From assembly GCA_046290225.1 (NCBI GenBank), contig JBKAGE010000078.1, positions 224,001 to 288,000 of the forward strand: a DNA stretch of 64,000 nt, given 5' to 3'. Positions 19,922 to 28,930 of the stretch are shown here, piece after piece (positions within the stretch are counted from its first letter, which is position 1; each line of letters opens with the position of its first letter). This DNA is from Bradymonadia bacterium (GTDB lineage: Bacteria > Myxococcota_A > Bradymonadia > UBA7976 > UBA1532). The notes under the pieces are model-generated. The model was not told the origin of the DNA, searched no databases, and saw only the letters and a list, made by a program, of their open reading frames with translations. Made by a program: the position numbers and the translations under genes.

Positions 19922-20112
19922 GTTTCCTCCGAGGGTGATCATGAAAAGTGAAGTCGCTGACCACCGGGGTGTGAATATGAAGGGTATACCGGATCGACAC
20001 CCGAGAAACCAGGGGCTGCGCACATTGACCTACTCTCCCGGTCAAGGCTCGATTTACAGATTTACAACCCCTGCTTCACAAGACCGACTGTTGACGTCGG
20101 CGGGTTTCGGGT

Positions 20113-20128
20113 TGCATATGCAGTGCCG
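20113..20128 (-). promoter_or_regulatory. Possible sigma54 promoter upstream of pckA
   Basis: Minus strand CGGCACTGCATATGCA has GG-N10-GC spacing, about 190 nt upstream of the start. Confidence 0.4.
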
Positions 20129-20235
20129 ATTTTGCCAACGACTCGACAGCTCGATTGTCGAATTCGGGCCCTGATTTCGAGCCTTGAGCGCTCGCTGTCA
20201 AGATCCCCGACTCGAGGACCCGTGGAGGCCCCGCC

Positions 20236-20958
20236 GTGATCCCCAACCACATCACCGTCGATGGTGTCGATTACCCTGTCGACGCCGTCATCGATGCCCT
20301 GAGCCCGCACATGTCCGAGTCGAGGCTGACTCGCTTCGAGTCCGTGCTCGGGCAACGCCTCAAACACCTCGTCCTCGCGGTGGAGAACCTGCACCACTCC
20401 CACAACGCTTCGGCCTGTCTCCGGTCAGCGGAAGCCCTGGGCCTCCAGGACGTAGTGGCCATCGAAGACCTTGAGGCGCTCCCTCTACAGCTCGAGGCGG
20501 CCCCCTATCCCATCATGCGCAAGGTGTCGAAGACCGCCCACCGCTGGCTGGACATCCACAGCGTGGATGGCCCGGAGGGCCTGAAGGCCTTCGCCGACGC
20601 CAGAGGGGCGAGGCTCTTCGGCGCTGGTCCTCGGGGCGCCTTGACCCTCGACTCGCTGCCCATCGATCGCCCTGTCATCGTGGTCTTCGGCAATGAGCTG
20701 AACGGCCTGCGCCCGGAGACAGAGTCGCTCTGTGACGGCATGTTCCGCATCCCGATGTACGGCTTCTGCGAGAGCTTCAACGTCTCGGTGAGCGCGGGCA
20801 TCGTCCTTCAACGCCTCGGGGAGCGGATTCGGGCCGAGCAACCTGAGGCGCTTTCGGGGGATCTCAGCGACGAGAGACGCCGACTGCTCATGGCGGAGTG
20901 GTGCGCCCGCGACGTCAAAGCCGCAGCGCAGATCTTGAGGCGCAAGCTGGGGCAATGA
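20236..20958 (+). CDS. trmH: tRNA (Gm18) 2'-O-methyltransferase, SpoU family
   Basis: ENLHHSHNASACLRSAEALG, FGNE, IPMYGFCESFNVSV. Confidence 0.8.
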   Translation: MIPNHITVDGVDYPVDAVIDALSPHMSESRLTRFESVLGQRLKHLVLAVENLHHSHNASACLRSAEALGLQDVVAIEDLEALPLQLEAAPYPIMRKVSKTAHRWLDIHSVDGPEGLKAFADARGARLFGAGPRGALTLDSLPIDRPVIVVFGNELNGLRPETESLCDGMFRIPMYGFCESFNVSVSAGIVLQRLGERIRAEQPEALSGDLSDERRRLLMAEWCARDVKAAAQILRRKLGQ

Positions 20959-20976
20959 CAGCGATCTGAGAGCCGC

Positions 20977-21588
20977 TTACTTGAGGTTCTGATCCACCAT
21001 GCCTTGGCGGATGGCGTACCGGGTGAGCCCGGGCACGTCGTGGATCCCCAGCTTCTCCATCAGCCGCGCGCGGTGATGCTCCGCGGTCCGGCGGCTGATG
21101 CCCAGGATCCCCCCGATCTCCTTGCTGGTGTGGCCTTCTGCGAGCAGCGTGAGCACCTCGCGCTCACGGGCGCTGAGGATCTCGGCGTTCGCCGCCCGAC
21201 GGGCGCCAGGAGACAAAAACGACTCCCCTTCGGCGACGGTTCGGATCGCCTTCACGAGATCCTGAACCCCCGAGCCTTTGAGCAGGTAGCCCTTAGCGCC
21301 GGCGTCGAGGGCCCGCTGCACCCACACCTGATCGTGATACATGCTCAAGGCAATGCACTTTGGCGGCTCATCGCCTTCGTTGAGTCGCTTGATGACCTCC
21401 AGACCGCCCAGACCCGGCAAGGCAAGATCTGTGACCAGTACATCGGGCTGGAGACTCTGCACCTCGGAGAGGCCCGTGCGCCCATCACCGGCTTCTCCCA
21501 CGACCTCGATGTCACCTGCGGCGCTGAGGAGGGCCACGAGGCCCTGGCGGACGATGGTGTGGTCTTCAATCACATAGACACGGATCAT
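20977..21588 (-). CDS. NarL/FixJ-family response regulator
   Basis: EDHTIVRQG, DLALP receiver; LSAREREVL LuxR HTH. Confidence 0.95.
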   Translation of the reverse strand: MIRVYVIEDHTIVRQGLVALLSAAGDIEVVGEAGDGRTGLSEVQSLQPDVLVTDLALPGLGGLEVIKRLNEGDEPPKCIALSMYHDQVWVQRALDAGAKGYLLKGSGVQDLVKAIRTVAEGESFLSPGARRAANAEILSAREREVLTLLAEGHTSKEIGGILGISRRTAEHHRARLMEKLGIHDVPGLTRYAIRQGMVDQNLK

Positions 21589-22877
21589 CACATCTCCTCG
21601 GGCAGCCACGCCAGCAGGCAGGCGCCGCCCCATTCGCTCGGTTCAAGGTCAAGATAGCCACCGGCCTGCTCGACGCGCTCCCGGGCACCGACGAGGCCGA
21701 GGCCCCCCTTGTCGGTCCGTGGGCGGTCCATGTCGCTCAGACCTACCCCATCATCTTCGATCATCAGGCGCCATCCGTCATCATACCCATCGAGGGTAAT
21801 CCGCACGCGCTCGGCGTGGGCATGGCGGGCGATGTTGGTGAGGGCCTCCTGGCCCACACGAAACAACACCTCGGCGATTTGAGCCTCCGGCTCGATGGGC
21901 TCCATGTTCAGGGTCAAGTCGAGCCCCACGGCCTCTGCCCATCGGTCGGCATGACTCGACAGGGCCGCTGCGAGCCCCAAAGCGTCCAGGGCTGGCGGGC
22001 GAAGACCATGGGCCAGGGTGCGCACCTGCTCCACAGCATCATCCACCGCCTCAAGAGCGCTGTGAATCTGCTCTCGCTGTCCGCCTGATGCGGTCTCGTC
22101 TGCAGGGAGCAGTGCCTCCATCATGGTGAGTCTCAGCCGCAGGCCCGTGAGCGTCTGGCCGAGCTCATCGTGCAAGTCTCGACTGATGCGGGCCCGCTCC
22201 TCTTCCTGAACGGCCACCAGCCGCGCCCCGAGATCCGCCAGCTGAACTTGTCGGGCACGCAACGCCTCGGTTCGGTCGCGCACCCGCTCCTCGAGATGAG
22301 CGTTGGCCTCCTGCAACGCCCCCCACAGATCGAGATTGCGCTGATCTGCTCGACGCACGGTGAGCAGAGGCAGAAACAACAGGGCGGCGGCGAGCATGGC
22401 CCCGCTGATGCCACCGACGGTCCAGAACAACCGAGCGCCTTCGAGGGCCTCGGAGGTCGCCAGCTCTACGCGCACCCGCCCGATGGCCCGGCCCTCGGAG
22501 CGCACGATGGCCCAGCCGCCTGCGACGCTGTCTCCACTCTGAGAGCCCGCCTCAAACACTTTGTCTGCGTCTGGCACATCCACCCGAATACGGGCGGAGA
22601 TCGGCGGGCGCACGATACGTTCCGTGGCCTGAGCCAGCCGCACTTGATCGTAGGACCAGAGCAACGGCCGCGCCTGGGCGAGGCTGCCGAGGCGGGCGGC
22701 GACCTCCTGAGCCCAGAGACGTGCTTCACCGGCGCGCTCCCTGATGACGAGGCTCTGATATACAGCTGGCAACACCACCCCACAGACCAGACCTGCCAGG
22801 AGGGCCAGAGGGACCATGCGGCCGGCGAACGGGCGCGCGAGAGGCTTGAGATCTCTCATCTCGGGGGCAGTGCTCAT
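21588..22877 (-). CDS. Sensor histidine kinase (HisKA_3)
   Basis: Two TMs; EEERARISRDLHDELGQ; QEALTNIARHA, EDDGVG, GLGLVG. Confidence 0.95.
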   Translation of the reverse strand: MSTAPEMRDLKPLARPFAGRMVPLALLAGLVCGVVLPAVYQSLVIRERAGEARLWAQEVAARLGSLAQARPLLWSYDQVRLAQATERIVRPPISARIRVDVPDADKVFEAGSQSGDSVAGGWAIVRSEGRAIGRVRVELATSEALEGARLFWTVGGISGAMLAAALLFLPLLTVRRADQRNLDLWGALQEANAHLEERVRDRTEALRARQVQLADLGARLVAVQEEERARISRDLHDELGQTLTGLRLRLTMMEALLPADETASGGQREQIHSALEAVDDAVEQVRTLAHGLRPPALDALGLAAALSSHADRWAEAVGLDLTLNMEPIEPEAQIAEVLFRVGQEALTNIARHAHAERVRITLDGYDDGWRLMIEDDGVGLSDMDRPRTDKGGLGLVGARERVEQAGGYLDLEPSEWGGACLLAWLPEEM

Positions 22878-23689
22878 CGTCGGCCGTACCCCAGGTCGAT
22901 GACCGTACGTCGGGCCTCCACCCCCTTCACGTAGTCGAGGAAGGCATACAGGCGCTTCGAGGCCCCTCTACGCGGCACGAGCCAGATGATGAGTTCACCC
23001 CAACGCTGCTGACCGCCCGGGCCAGGCGAGAGAAACCACACCGGCGCCCCCAGTTGTCTCAGCGTGCCCAGATCTGAGATCGCGATGGCGCCAGGCGTGC
23101 GCTTGAGCGCGTCTCTGAGCGCCTCGTCTTCTGGGTATACCGGCCATCGATGTCGATCGAGGGCGTCGTCAACGGCCGCGCCCAGCCCGGCACTCAGACC
23201 GCTGAGCAGGGCCTGAGCTGGATCTTGTCGGGGCCGCAACAACACCATACGGCTCTGTTGATTCGACCACGGCCCGCTCTCTCCCCTCACGGTCTCGATG
23301 AGCGCCTCCATGGTGAGGCTGCGGGTGGGCACCCGTGAGCCCGCCACCACCCCCACGGGGCTCAAAGCCACCTCCACACCTCCAGGAGGCCGCGAGGCGT
23401 CCGCCGGGAGGGCGACGATGGCTGCGTCGATGACACCGGCCGACAGCGCCTGTAGTGCCCCCTCCGAGCCGATGGGCACCTCGACGTTGATGGGCTGCCC
23501 ACCGCTTCGGGCCATGAACTCTGTAGAGAGATGCTTCAGCAGAGGGGTGCCTGCGCTGGCTCCGGCGATGCGAACGATGTCGTCCTCTGCTCGCGGCCGT
23601 GGGGGCTCCAGCTCAGGTGGGGCTGGGGGGTCTTCGCAGGCCAGGCAAAGCAGGCAGGCCAAAATATATGTGCCTGCAAGGCGCCACAT
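22874..23689 (-). CDS. PstS-like (PBP2) substrate-binding lipoprotein
   Basis: Lipobox CLAC; RIAGAS, IGSEGALQAL..G.ID, TPGAIA; overlaps the kinase start. Confidence 0.7.
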   Translation of the reverse strand: MWRLAGTYILACLLCLACEDPPAPPELEPPRPRAEDDIVRIAGASAGTPLLKHLSTEFMARSGGQPINVEVPIGSEGALQALSAGVIDAAIVALPADASRPPGGVEVALSPVGVVAGSRVPTRSLTMEALIETVRGESGPWSNQQSRMVLLRPRQDPAQALLSGLSAGLGAAVDDALDRHRWPVYPEDEALRDALKRTPGAIAISDLGTLRQLGAPVWFLSPGPGGQQRWGELIIWLVPRRGASKRLYAFLDYVKGVEARRTVIDLGYGRR

Positions 23690-23760
23690 AGAGCAGACTC
23701 CGGTCATCGAGACCCCAACGGTCAATCTGGAACCACGTACGATCAACAGAGCCCCCAGCC

Positions 23761-24414
23761 ATGTCCACTGCGCCTCACACCCCCCTGGACTTCGTCCGAC
23801 ACAGCCCTGACCAGATGCACGCTCGAGCGGAGACGCTCTTCGACGAGATGAAGCGCCGCAGAAGCGTGCGCACCTTCAGTGACGAGGCGGTGCCCCTGGA
23901 CGTGGTGCGTCAGTGCATCCACATCGCCGGACAAGCCCCTTCCGGGGCCAACAAACAGCCGTGGACCTTCGCGCTGGTCACGGATCCGGAGATCAAGCGT
24001 CACATCAGGGAGGCCGCTGAGGCAGAGGAGGCGCGCTTCTACGGGGGCCGCGCCCCCCAATCCTGGCTCGACGACCTCGCCCCTCTCGGCACCGACGACA
24101 AGAAGCCGTTCCTCGAGCATGCCCCCGCTCTGATTGTGCTCTTCGCTCACACCAAGGCCGCTGACGGCAGTAAACACTACTATGTCCAGGAATCTGTGGG
24201 CATCGCAGCTGGCATGCTCATCGGTGCTCTGCACCAAGTCGGTCTGGCCACGTTGACCCACACGCCCTCCCCCATGGGGTTTCTCTCGGAGATCTTGAAG
24301 CGTCCGGCACACGAGCGCGCCTACCTGCTGCTGCCTGTGGGCTACCCTCACGAGGACACCCTGGTGCCCGACATCACCCGCAAGCCCCTCGAAGAGATCC
24401 TGGCTGAATACTGA
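23761..24414 (+). CDS. Nitroreductase, iodotyrosine-deiodinase-like subgroup
   Basis: RRSVRTF, APSGANKQPW, EEARFY, KPFLE.AP, YYVQESVGIA, THTPSPM. Confidence 0.85.
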   Translation: MSTAPHTPLDFVRHSPDQMHARAETLFDEMKRRRSVRTFSDEAVPLDVVRQCIHIAGQAPSGANKQPWTFALVTDPEIKRHIREAAEAEEARFYGGRAPQSWLDDLAPLGTDDKKPFLEHAPALIVLFAHTKAADGSKHYYVQESVGIAAGMLIGALHQVGLATLTHTPSPMGFLSEILKRPAHERAYLLLPVGYPHEDTLVPDITRKPLEEILAEY

Positions 24415-24771
24415 TCATGTGGCCTCCGCACTCCAGTGGAAGGCCACGGCGAGCATGTGGTCGCCCATCTGGCTGTGATCGAGGCTGATGTGGCCACGGC
24501 AAATCTCTGCTGCTCTGCCCACGAGTTTCACCTGACCGTCCGGCAGGATCCGAATATCGGACCAGTTCACGCCCTCTTGCCAGAGTCCAGTGCCCAGTGA
24601 TTTGGCGATGGCCTCCTTGCCAGTCCAGAGGCGAACGGCGCGCAGGGCGTCAGCAGACTCAGGGGCCTCTTCAGGGGCGCAGACGAGGGTCAGCACGCGG
24701 CGACGCCGGGCAACGACCCTGGCGAGGCGCTCCATGTGCGCCACGTCGATGCCCACCCCGATCAGCGGCAC
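24415..24771 (-). CDS. acpS: Holo-ACP synthase (4'-phosphopantetheinyl transferase)
   Basis: GVGIDV, WTGKEAIAKSLGTG, HISLDH. Confidence 0.85.
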   Translation of the reverse strand: MPLIGVGIDVAHMERLARVVARRRRVLTLVCAPEEAPESADALRAVRLWTGKEAIAKSLGTGLWQEGVNWSDIRILPDGQVKLVGRAAEICRGHISLDHSQMGDHMLAVAFHWSAEAT

Positions 24772-24772
24772 G

Positions 24773-25387
24773 TTATCGTCGCCCGGCCCGACGGGCAGGT
24801 ACCCAGTCCTCGGCGAGATCTTCTGGCACCTCGGGGATCACGGTGAGGTTGAGGCCGAGAATCCGCCCCAGTTTGTCGAGCAATGCAGTGTCGAGTCTGC
24901 TGGTGCCCGCACCTTCGATGAAAATCCAGAAGCGGGCCATGGCCGTCGGTTGTCCAAAGTCGACCTCTTTGAGCTTCAGATCAGAGCCACACGAGGGGCA
25001 CCGCAACTCGAACCGGTCGATGGGAAAATAGTTCAGACGCCCCAAGGCAGGCTGGAGCACGTCATCGCCAATCTCGTCCCCACAGACACCACACAGGGTG
25101 TGAGGGAAACCCTCACCGTGATTCCGAGGCAGCAACCTCGCCCGAGAGACTGTCTCGACTCTGAGCGCGTCGAAGGTCAGCTCTGCAGGCAGCAAATCGT
25201 CATAGGCATCGTGGTGGAACAGCTGGGCTGTCTGCGCGCCGGGGGTGTAGGCGCCGTCGTGGTGATCGCCAATGATGTCCACTCGCTTCAAGAAGTCGAG
25301 GACCTGCTCGATGGCTTCTTCGGTGGGCACCAGGCCTTTGAGGCCCCGCGGGGTGAGGTACAGATTCAACATAATTTCATCACCCAC
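24773..25387 (-). CDS. Hypothetical protein with a CxxC...CxxC zinc ribbon
   Basis: CGVC and CPSC; 1-nt gap to acpS; start uncertain (25387/25372). Confidence 0.65.
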   Translation of the reverse strand: MGDEIMLNLYLTPRGLKGLVPTEEAIEQVLDFLKRVDIIGDHHDGAYTPGAQTAQLFHHDAYDDLLPAELTFDALRVETVSRARLLPRNHGEGFPHTLCGVCGDEIGDDVLQPALGRLNYFPIDRFELRCPSCGSDLKLKEVDFGQPTAMARFWIFIEGAGTSRLDTALLDKLGRILGLNLTVIPEVPEDLAEDWVPARRAGRR

Positions 25388-25558
25388 TTGACTGAGATTT
25401 CATCTAACCGCATCAAGCACCCCCCGTCCAGTTGACCCCAAGCCAGCCGCTCTCTCAAAGGCTCGCTTGCGGTGCTCTCGATGGTTGTAGGAAACTGTAC
25501 GTCCTTTTTCAGGGGAGAGCTGAAGCCTGTGCGAGGCTTCGGCGCACGCGAGGTGGAG

Positions 25559-27550
25559 ATGAAGCGGTTGAGTTGGATGAAGACGGTGGCCCTGGCAGCA
25601 GCGGTCATGTGGTCGGGCAGCTGTGCTGACGAGGGTTCGCCTGGACTCGGCAATGTTGCTGATCAGGGGCCTGGGGCGGACATGACCATCGGGCCCGCGG
25701 GCGGAGCAGGTGCAGCCATGGGCGGTGCCGGAGGCGCTGGTGGTCAACCCCCACAATGCCCCGACGTCGATCAGGACGGCTTCGCCGACCGCAGCTGCAA
25801 CCCGGATCCCCGGCAAGGCGGCGGTGACTGTGACGATCTCAACCCGCTCCGCAGCCCTGGCCGCGAGGAGAACTGCGGGAACATGATCGACGATGATTGC
25901 GACGGTCAGATCAACGACGGCTGCGAGTCCAACTGTATGGACCTCGACAACGACGGGTTCCAGGACATCGCATGCAACCCTGATCGTCGCACTGGTGGTG
26001 ACTGCAACGATCGCGACGAGACTGTCAACCCGGGCACCGCGGAGCGTTGCGGTAACTTCAAGGACGATGACTGCCAGGGCGGCGACGTGCCCTGCCTCCA
26101 GAACTGCGTCGACATGGATCTCGACGGTTTCGGTGAGGGCTCGGGCTGCAATGGCCCCGACTGTGACGACACCCGGGCAGACGTGAACCCCTGGACGAGC
26201 GAGATCTGCGCTGATGGCATCGATCAAGACTGCAACGGCGCTGATCTCAACTGCCCCCGTGACTGTGAGGATCTCGACGGTGACGGCTTTGGACGCGGCA
26301 ATGGCTGCCGTGGCCCCGACTGTGACGATCGCAACCCGCAGATCAACGCCGGCGCCCGGGACATTGCCAACGACGGCATCGACCAGGACTGTGACGGCGA
26401 AGATCTGACGCCGTCGATGGACTGCCGCGATCTGGACACTGACGGCTATGGCGAGGGTGCTGGCTGTGCGGGCCAGGACTGTGATGATCGAGATCCCCGT
26501 ATCAACCCCGGCCGTATGGAGATCTGCGGCAACGGCCTGGACGATGACTGCTTCAATGGCGATCAGGTCTGTGTGGGCATGGGCACGGGCTCATGCGAAG
26601 ACAACGACGGTGACGGCTACGGCATGGGCGGCTGCCCCAACGGCAACCTCGACTGTGACGACGGCAACGCCGAGGTGAACCCGGGCGCTCGAGAGGTGTG
26701 CAACGGCCGCGACGACAACTGCAACGGTGAGGTCGATGAGTGCGCTCTCCGCAACCAGATCTGCGACGGTGCCGCCTGCGTGGGTGACTCCGGCGCCCCC
26801 TGTCGTGAGGACGGGGAGTGTGCTCAGCAGCTGGGTCTGTTCTGTGATCCGGGATCGAACGAGTGCCGCATCGCCGGTGGCGAGACCTGCATGGACAACG
26901 CACAGTGTGTCTCTGGTGCGGAGTGCATCGTCCTCGATGTGTGTGATGGAGACGAAGCCCGCTGCTACCAGGCCAAGAGCGGCCCCTGTGAAGACAGCTG
27001 TGATTGTACGGGTGAGTGGCTCTGCCACCAGAGCAACGACCGCTGTGTGGAATGCTTCGACGATGGTGACTGCCGCGCCGATGCCCGAGACACCTGCACC
27101 GACGGCGGTTACTGCGCCGAGACGGTGGCCCTCGGTGGAGCCGGCGTAGACATGCGCTTCGAACTCTACCGCCGCTTTGTGCTCTGCTGGAACGCCTTCA
27201 ACGGCAGCAACGAGATGGAAGCCTGTGACGTGCTGCTCCTCGACGATGTCTTGGAGGTGGGTGGCATGGCGGTCAACAGCTTCGGTGATGCCGACGAGGT
27301 TGATGGTGAAGCCTGTGATCTCGACGAAGAGTTGGCAGCAGCTGGCTTCTCTGAAGACGACATCGAGGTGGTTGAGGAGCTCTTCGGTTGTGGGCTCTTC
27401 GACATCTTCAACATCTACTGGGTCGATGCGCTGACGCCTGGGAGCCAGTGGTGCGTGTACTACGTGCCGGAGAAGTCCGACTTCGGCTTCCCCAACGACA
27501 CCCGCCCCGCGGTGACGGTGGGTAGCTGTGAGGTGTCCTACTTCGACTGA
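25559..27550 (+). CDS. Cys/Asp-rich lipoprotein with MopE-type (putative metal-binding) repeats
   Basis: Lipobox SGSC; repeated DxDxDG(F/Y)...DCDD....(I/V)NPG..E.C..G.D.DC units followed by Cys-rich repeats. Confidence 0.85.
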   Translation: MKRLSWMKTVALAAAVMWSGSCADEGSPGLGNVADQGPGADMTIGPAGGAGAAMGGAGGAGGQPPQCPDVDQDGFADRSCNPDPRQGGGDCDDLNPLRSPGREENCGNMIDDDCDGQINDGCESNCMDLDNDGFQDIACNPDRRTGGDCNDRDETVNPGTAERCGNFKDDDCQGGDVPCLQNCVDMDLDGFGEGSGCNGPDCDDTRADVNPWTSEICADGIDQDCNGADLNCPRDCEDLDGDGFGRGNGCRGPDCDDRNPQINAGARDIANDGIDQDCDGEDLTPSMDCRDLDTDGYGEGAGCAGQDCDDRDPRINPGRMEICGNGLDDDCFNGDQVCVGMGTGSCEDNDGDGYGMGGCPNGNLDCDDGNAEVNPGAREVCNGRDDNCNGEVDECALRNQICDGAACVGDSGAPCREDGECAQQLGLFCDPGSNECRIAGGETCMDNAQCVSGAECIVLDVCDGDEARCYQAKSGPCEDSCDCTGEWLCHQSNDRCVECFDDGDCRADARDTCTDGGYCAETVALGGAGVDMRFELYRRFVLCWNAFNGSNEMEACDVLLLDDVLEVGGMAVNSFGDADEVDGEACDLDEELAAAGFSEDDIEVVEELFGCGLFDIFNIYWVDALTPGSQWCVYYVPEKSDFGFPNDTRPAVTVGSCEVSYFD

Positions 27551-28329
27551 CGCAGCTGGTCGAGAAACAGCCCCTGGTGGACCTTCATCGTCTGCCCGAA
27601 GATCTGTTGAAAGGCCTCCCCCACCGGCACACCTGCCCGAGCCTGCCGCGCCAGTGCCTTCATCCATCCCCACCCGCTCTGTTGATGCCTGAGACTGTCG
27701 ACCCAGTGATGGCAGGCTGTGTAGTACAGCTCGACTGAGCCGCTGGGGTCGAAGGGGTCAATCTCACGGTGTGCTCTCAGATGCGCCCCAAGCTGCTCTC
27801 TATCGGCCCTGTAAGCCCCTTGCCCGCTCAGGAGGCTGGCAATGCCTTCCTCCATCTCTGGCGGCCAGATACCCACAACACCACCATCACGGCCCTCAAT
27901 CAGCCCCATCAACCGCACATGCACCCATTCGTGGGCGATGATGCCCACGATTTGACCGCGGTCGATGCTCTCGGGCCATGCCCAAGGTGACCAGAGGTGG
28001 ATCGCCTCAGGCAGAGCGATGGCCCTCACCCAAGCGGGCTGAGGTCCAGCGACTGAGCCGACATCAGCCTGGTTTTGATAGACATGGATCAGGAGCTGGT
28101 CCGGGCCTGAGAGTGGCCCATTTCTCAACAGGGCCTCGGCATCCAGAATCAGTGACCAGAGGGGTTCGTGCTTGTCTTCATTGAGCCCATGGGCCAGGAG
28201 GATCACTCGCCCACCCTGAACAGCCCTGTCACTCTGAGCCAGCGGTGCCCGGCCGCTGCATCCACCTACGAGCGGCGCAGCCAAAAAAAAAGCCCTGGTG
28301 AACATCACCAGGGCTTTCTTCGTGCTCAT
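27538..28329 (-). CDS. Putative gluzincin-like (peptidase MA) lipoprotein
   Basis: IAHEWVH plus downstream MEEGIA; possible lipobox VGGC; start uncertain. Confidence 0.6.
   Translation of the reverse strand: MSTKKALVMFTRAFFLAAPLVGGCSGRAPLAQSDRAVQGGRVILLAHGLNEDKHEPLWSLILDAEALLRNGPLSGPDQLLIHVYQNQADVGSVAGPQPAWVRAIALPEAIHLWSPWAWPESIDRGQIVGIIAHEWVHVRLMGLIEGRDGGVVGIWPPEMEEGIASLLSGQGAYRADREQLGAHLRAHREIDPFDPSGSVELYYTACHHWVDSLRHQQSGWGWMKALARQARAGVPVGEAFQQIFGQTMKVHQGLFLDQLRQSK
28283..28317 (-). terminator. Rho-independent terminator after rplQ
   Basis: Stem AGCCCTGGTG/CACCAGGGCT followed by a run of 8-9 U on the minus strand. Confidence 0.85.
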
Positions 28330-28355
28330 CGACGTGAGTCGGTGTGCGCGCCTCT

Positions 28356-28883
28356 TCAGGCGTCGGCGGACTTCTCGACCTCGGCAGCCTCGGCCACCTC
28401 GGTCTCGGCAGGTGCAGCTGCGACAGCCTCACCACCGCTCAACAGGACGTCCTGCACAGCGGCGTCACCCTCGGGGATGAGCTCGATGATGGCCATCTCG
28501 GCGCCGTCACCGAGACGACGACCCACCTTGATGATGCGGGTGTAACCACCAGGACGATCGATGTAACGCTCGGCCAGCTCACCGAAGAGCTTCTCGAGGA
28601 TCACGCGGTCCTGGATGGTCTTGCCAGCCTGACGCACAGCAGCAACGCGGGCTGCGGTGAGCTGGGCCTTCTCGGCATCGCTGCCAGCGGCTTCGACCTT
28701 GCTGGCGGCATGACGACGCGCAAGGGTGATGAGCTTCTCGGCATGACGCCGAAGCTCCTTGGCCTTGGGCTCGGTGGTCTCGATCTTCTCTACCTCGAAG
28801 AGAGCAGAGGTGAGGTTGCGAAACAGGGCCACCCGATGGCTGGCGTTACGCCCGAGCTTCCGTCCGGATTTGCGATGGCGCAT
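28356..28883 (-). CDS. rplQ: 50S ribosomal protein L17
   Basis: MRHRKSGRKLGR, RPGGYTRIIK. Confidence 0.98.
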   Translation of the reverse strand: MRHRKSGRKLGRNASHRVALFRNLTSALFEVEKIETTEPKAKELRRHAEKLITLARRHAASKVEAAGSDAEKAQLTAARVAAVRQAGKTIQDRVILEKLFGELAERYIDRPGGYTRIIKVGRRLGDGAEMAIIELIPEGDAAVQDVLLSGGEAVAAAPAETEVAEAAEVEKSADA

Positions 28884-28930
28884 GATAGTGCTCCGTAAAA
28901 AATATCGTATACAGGTACGATGCCTTCAGC

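Noticed and set aside
6073..19951. Long antisense ORFs over fadL, prfC, ubiB, yitJ and pckA (also over secY and proS)
   Set aside because: In-frame shadows of well-supported genes, typical of high-GC genomes.
25750..26750. Repeated gactgtgacga/gacggc motifs as a DNA repeat array
   Set aside because: Fully explained by in-frame protein repeats (DCDD, DGDG).
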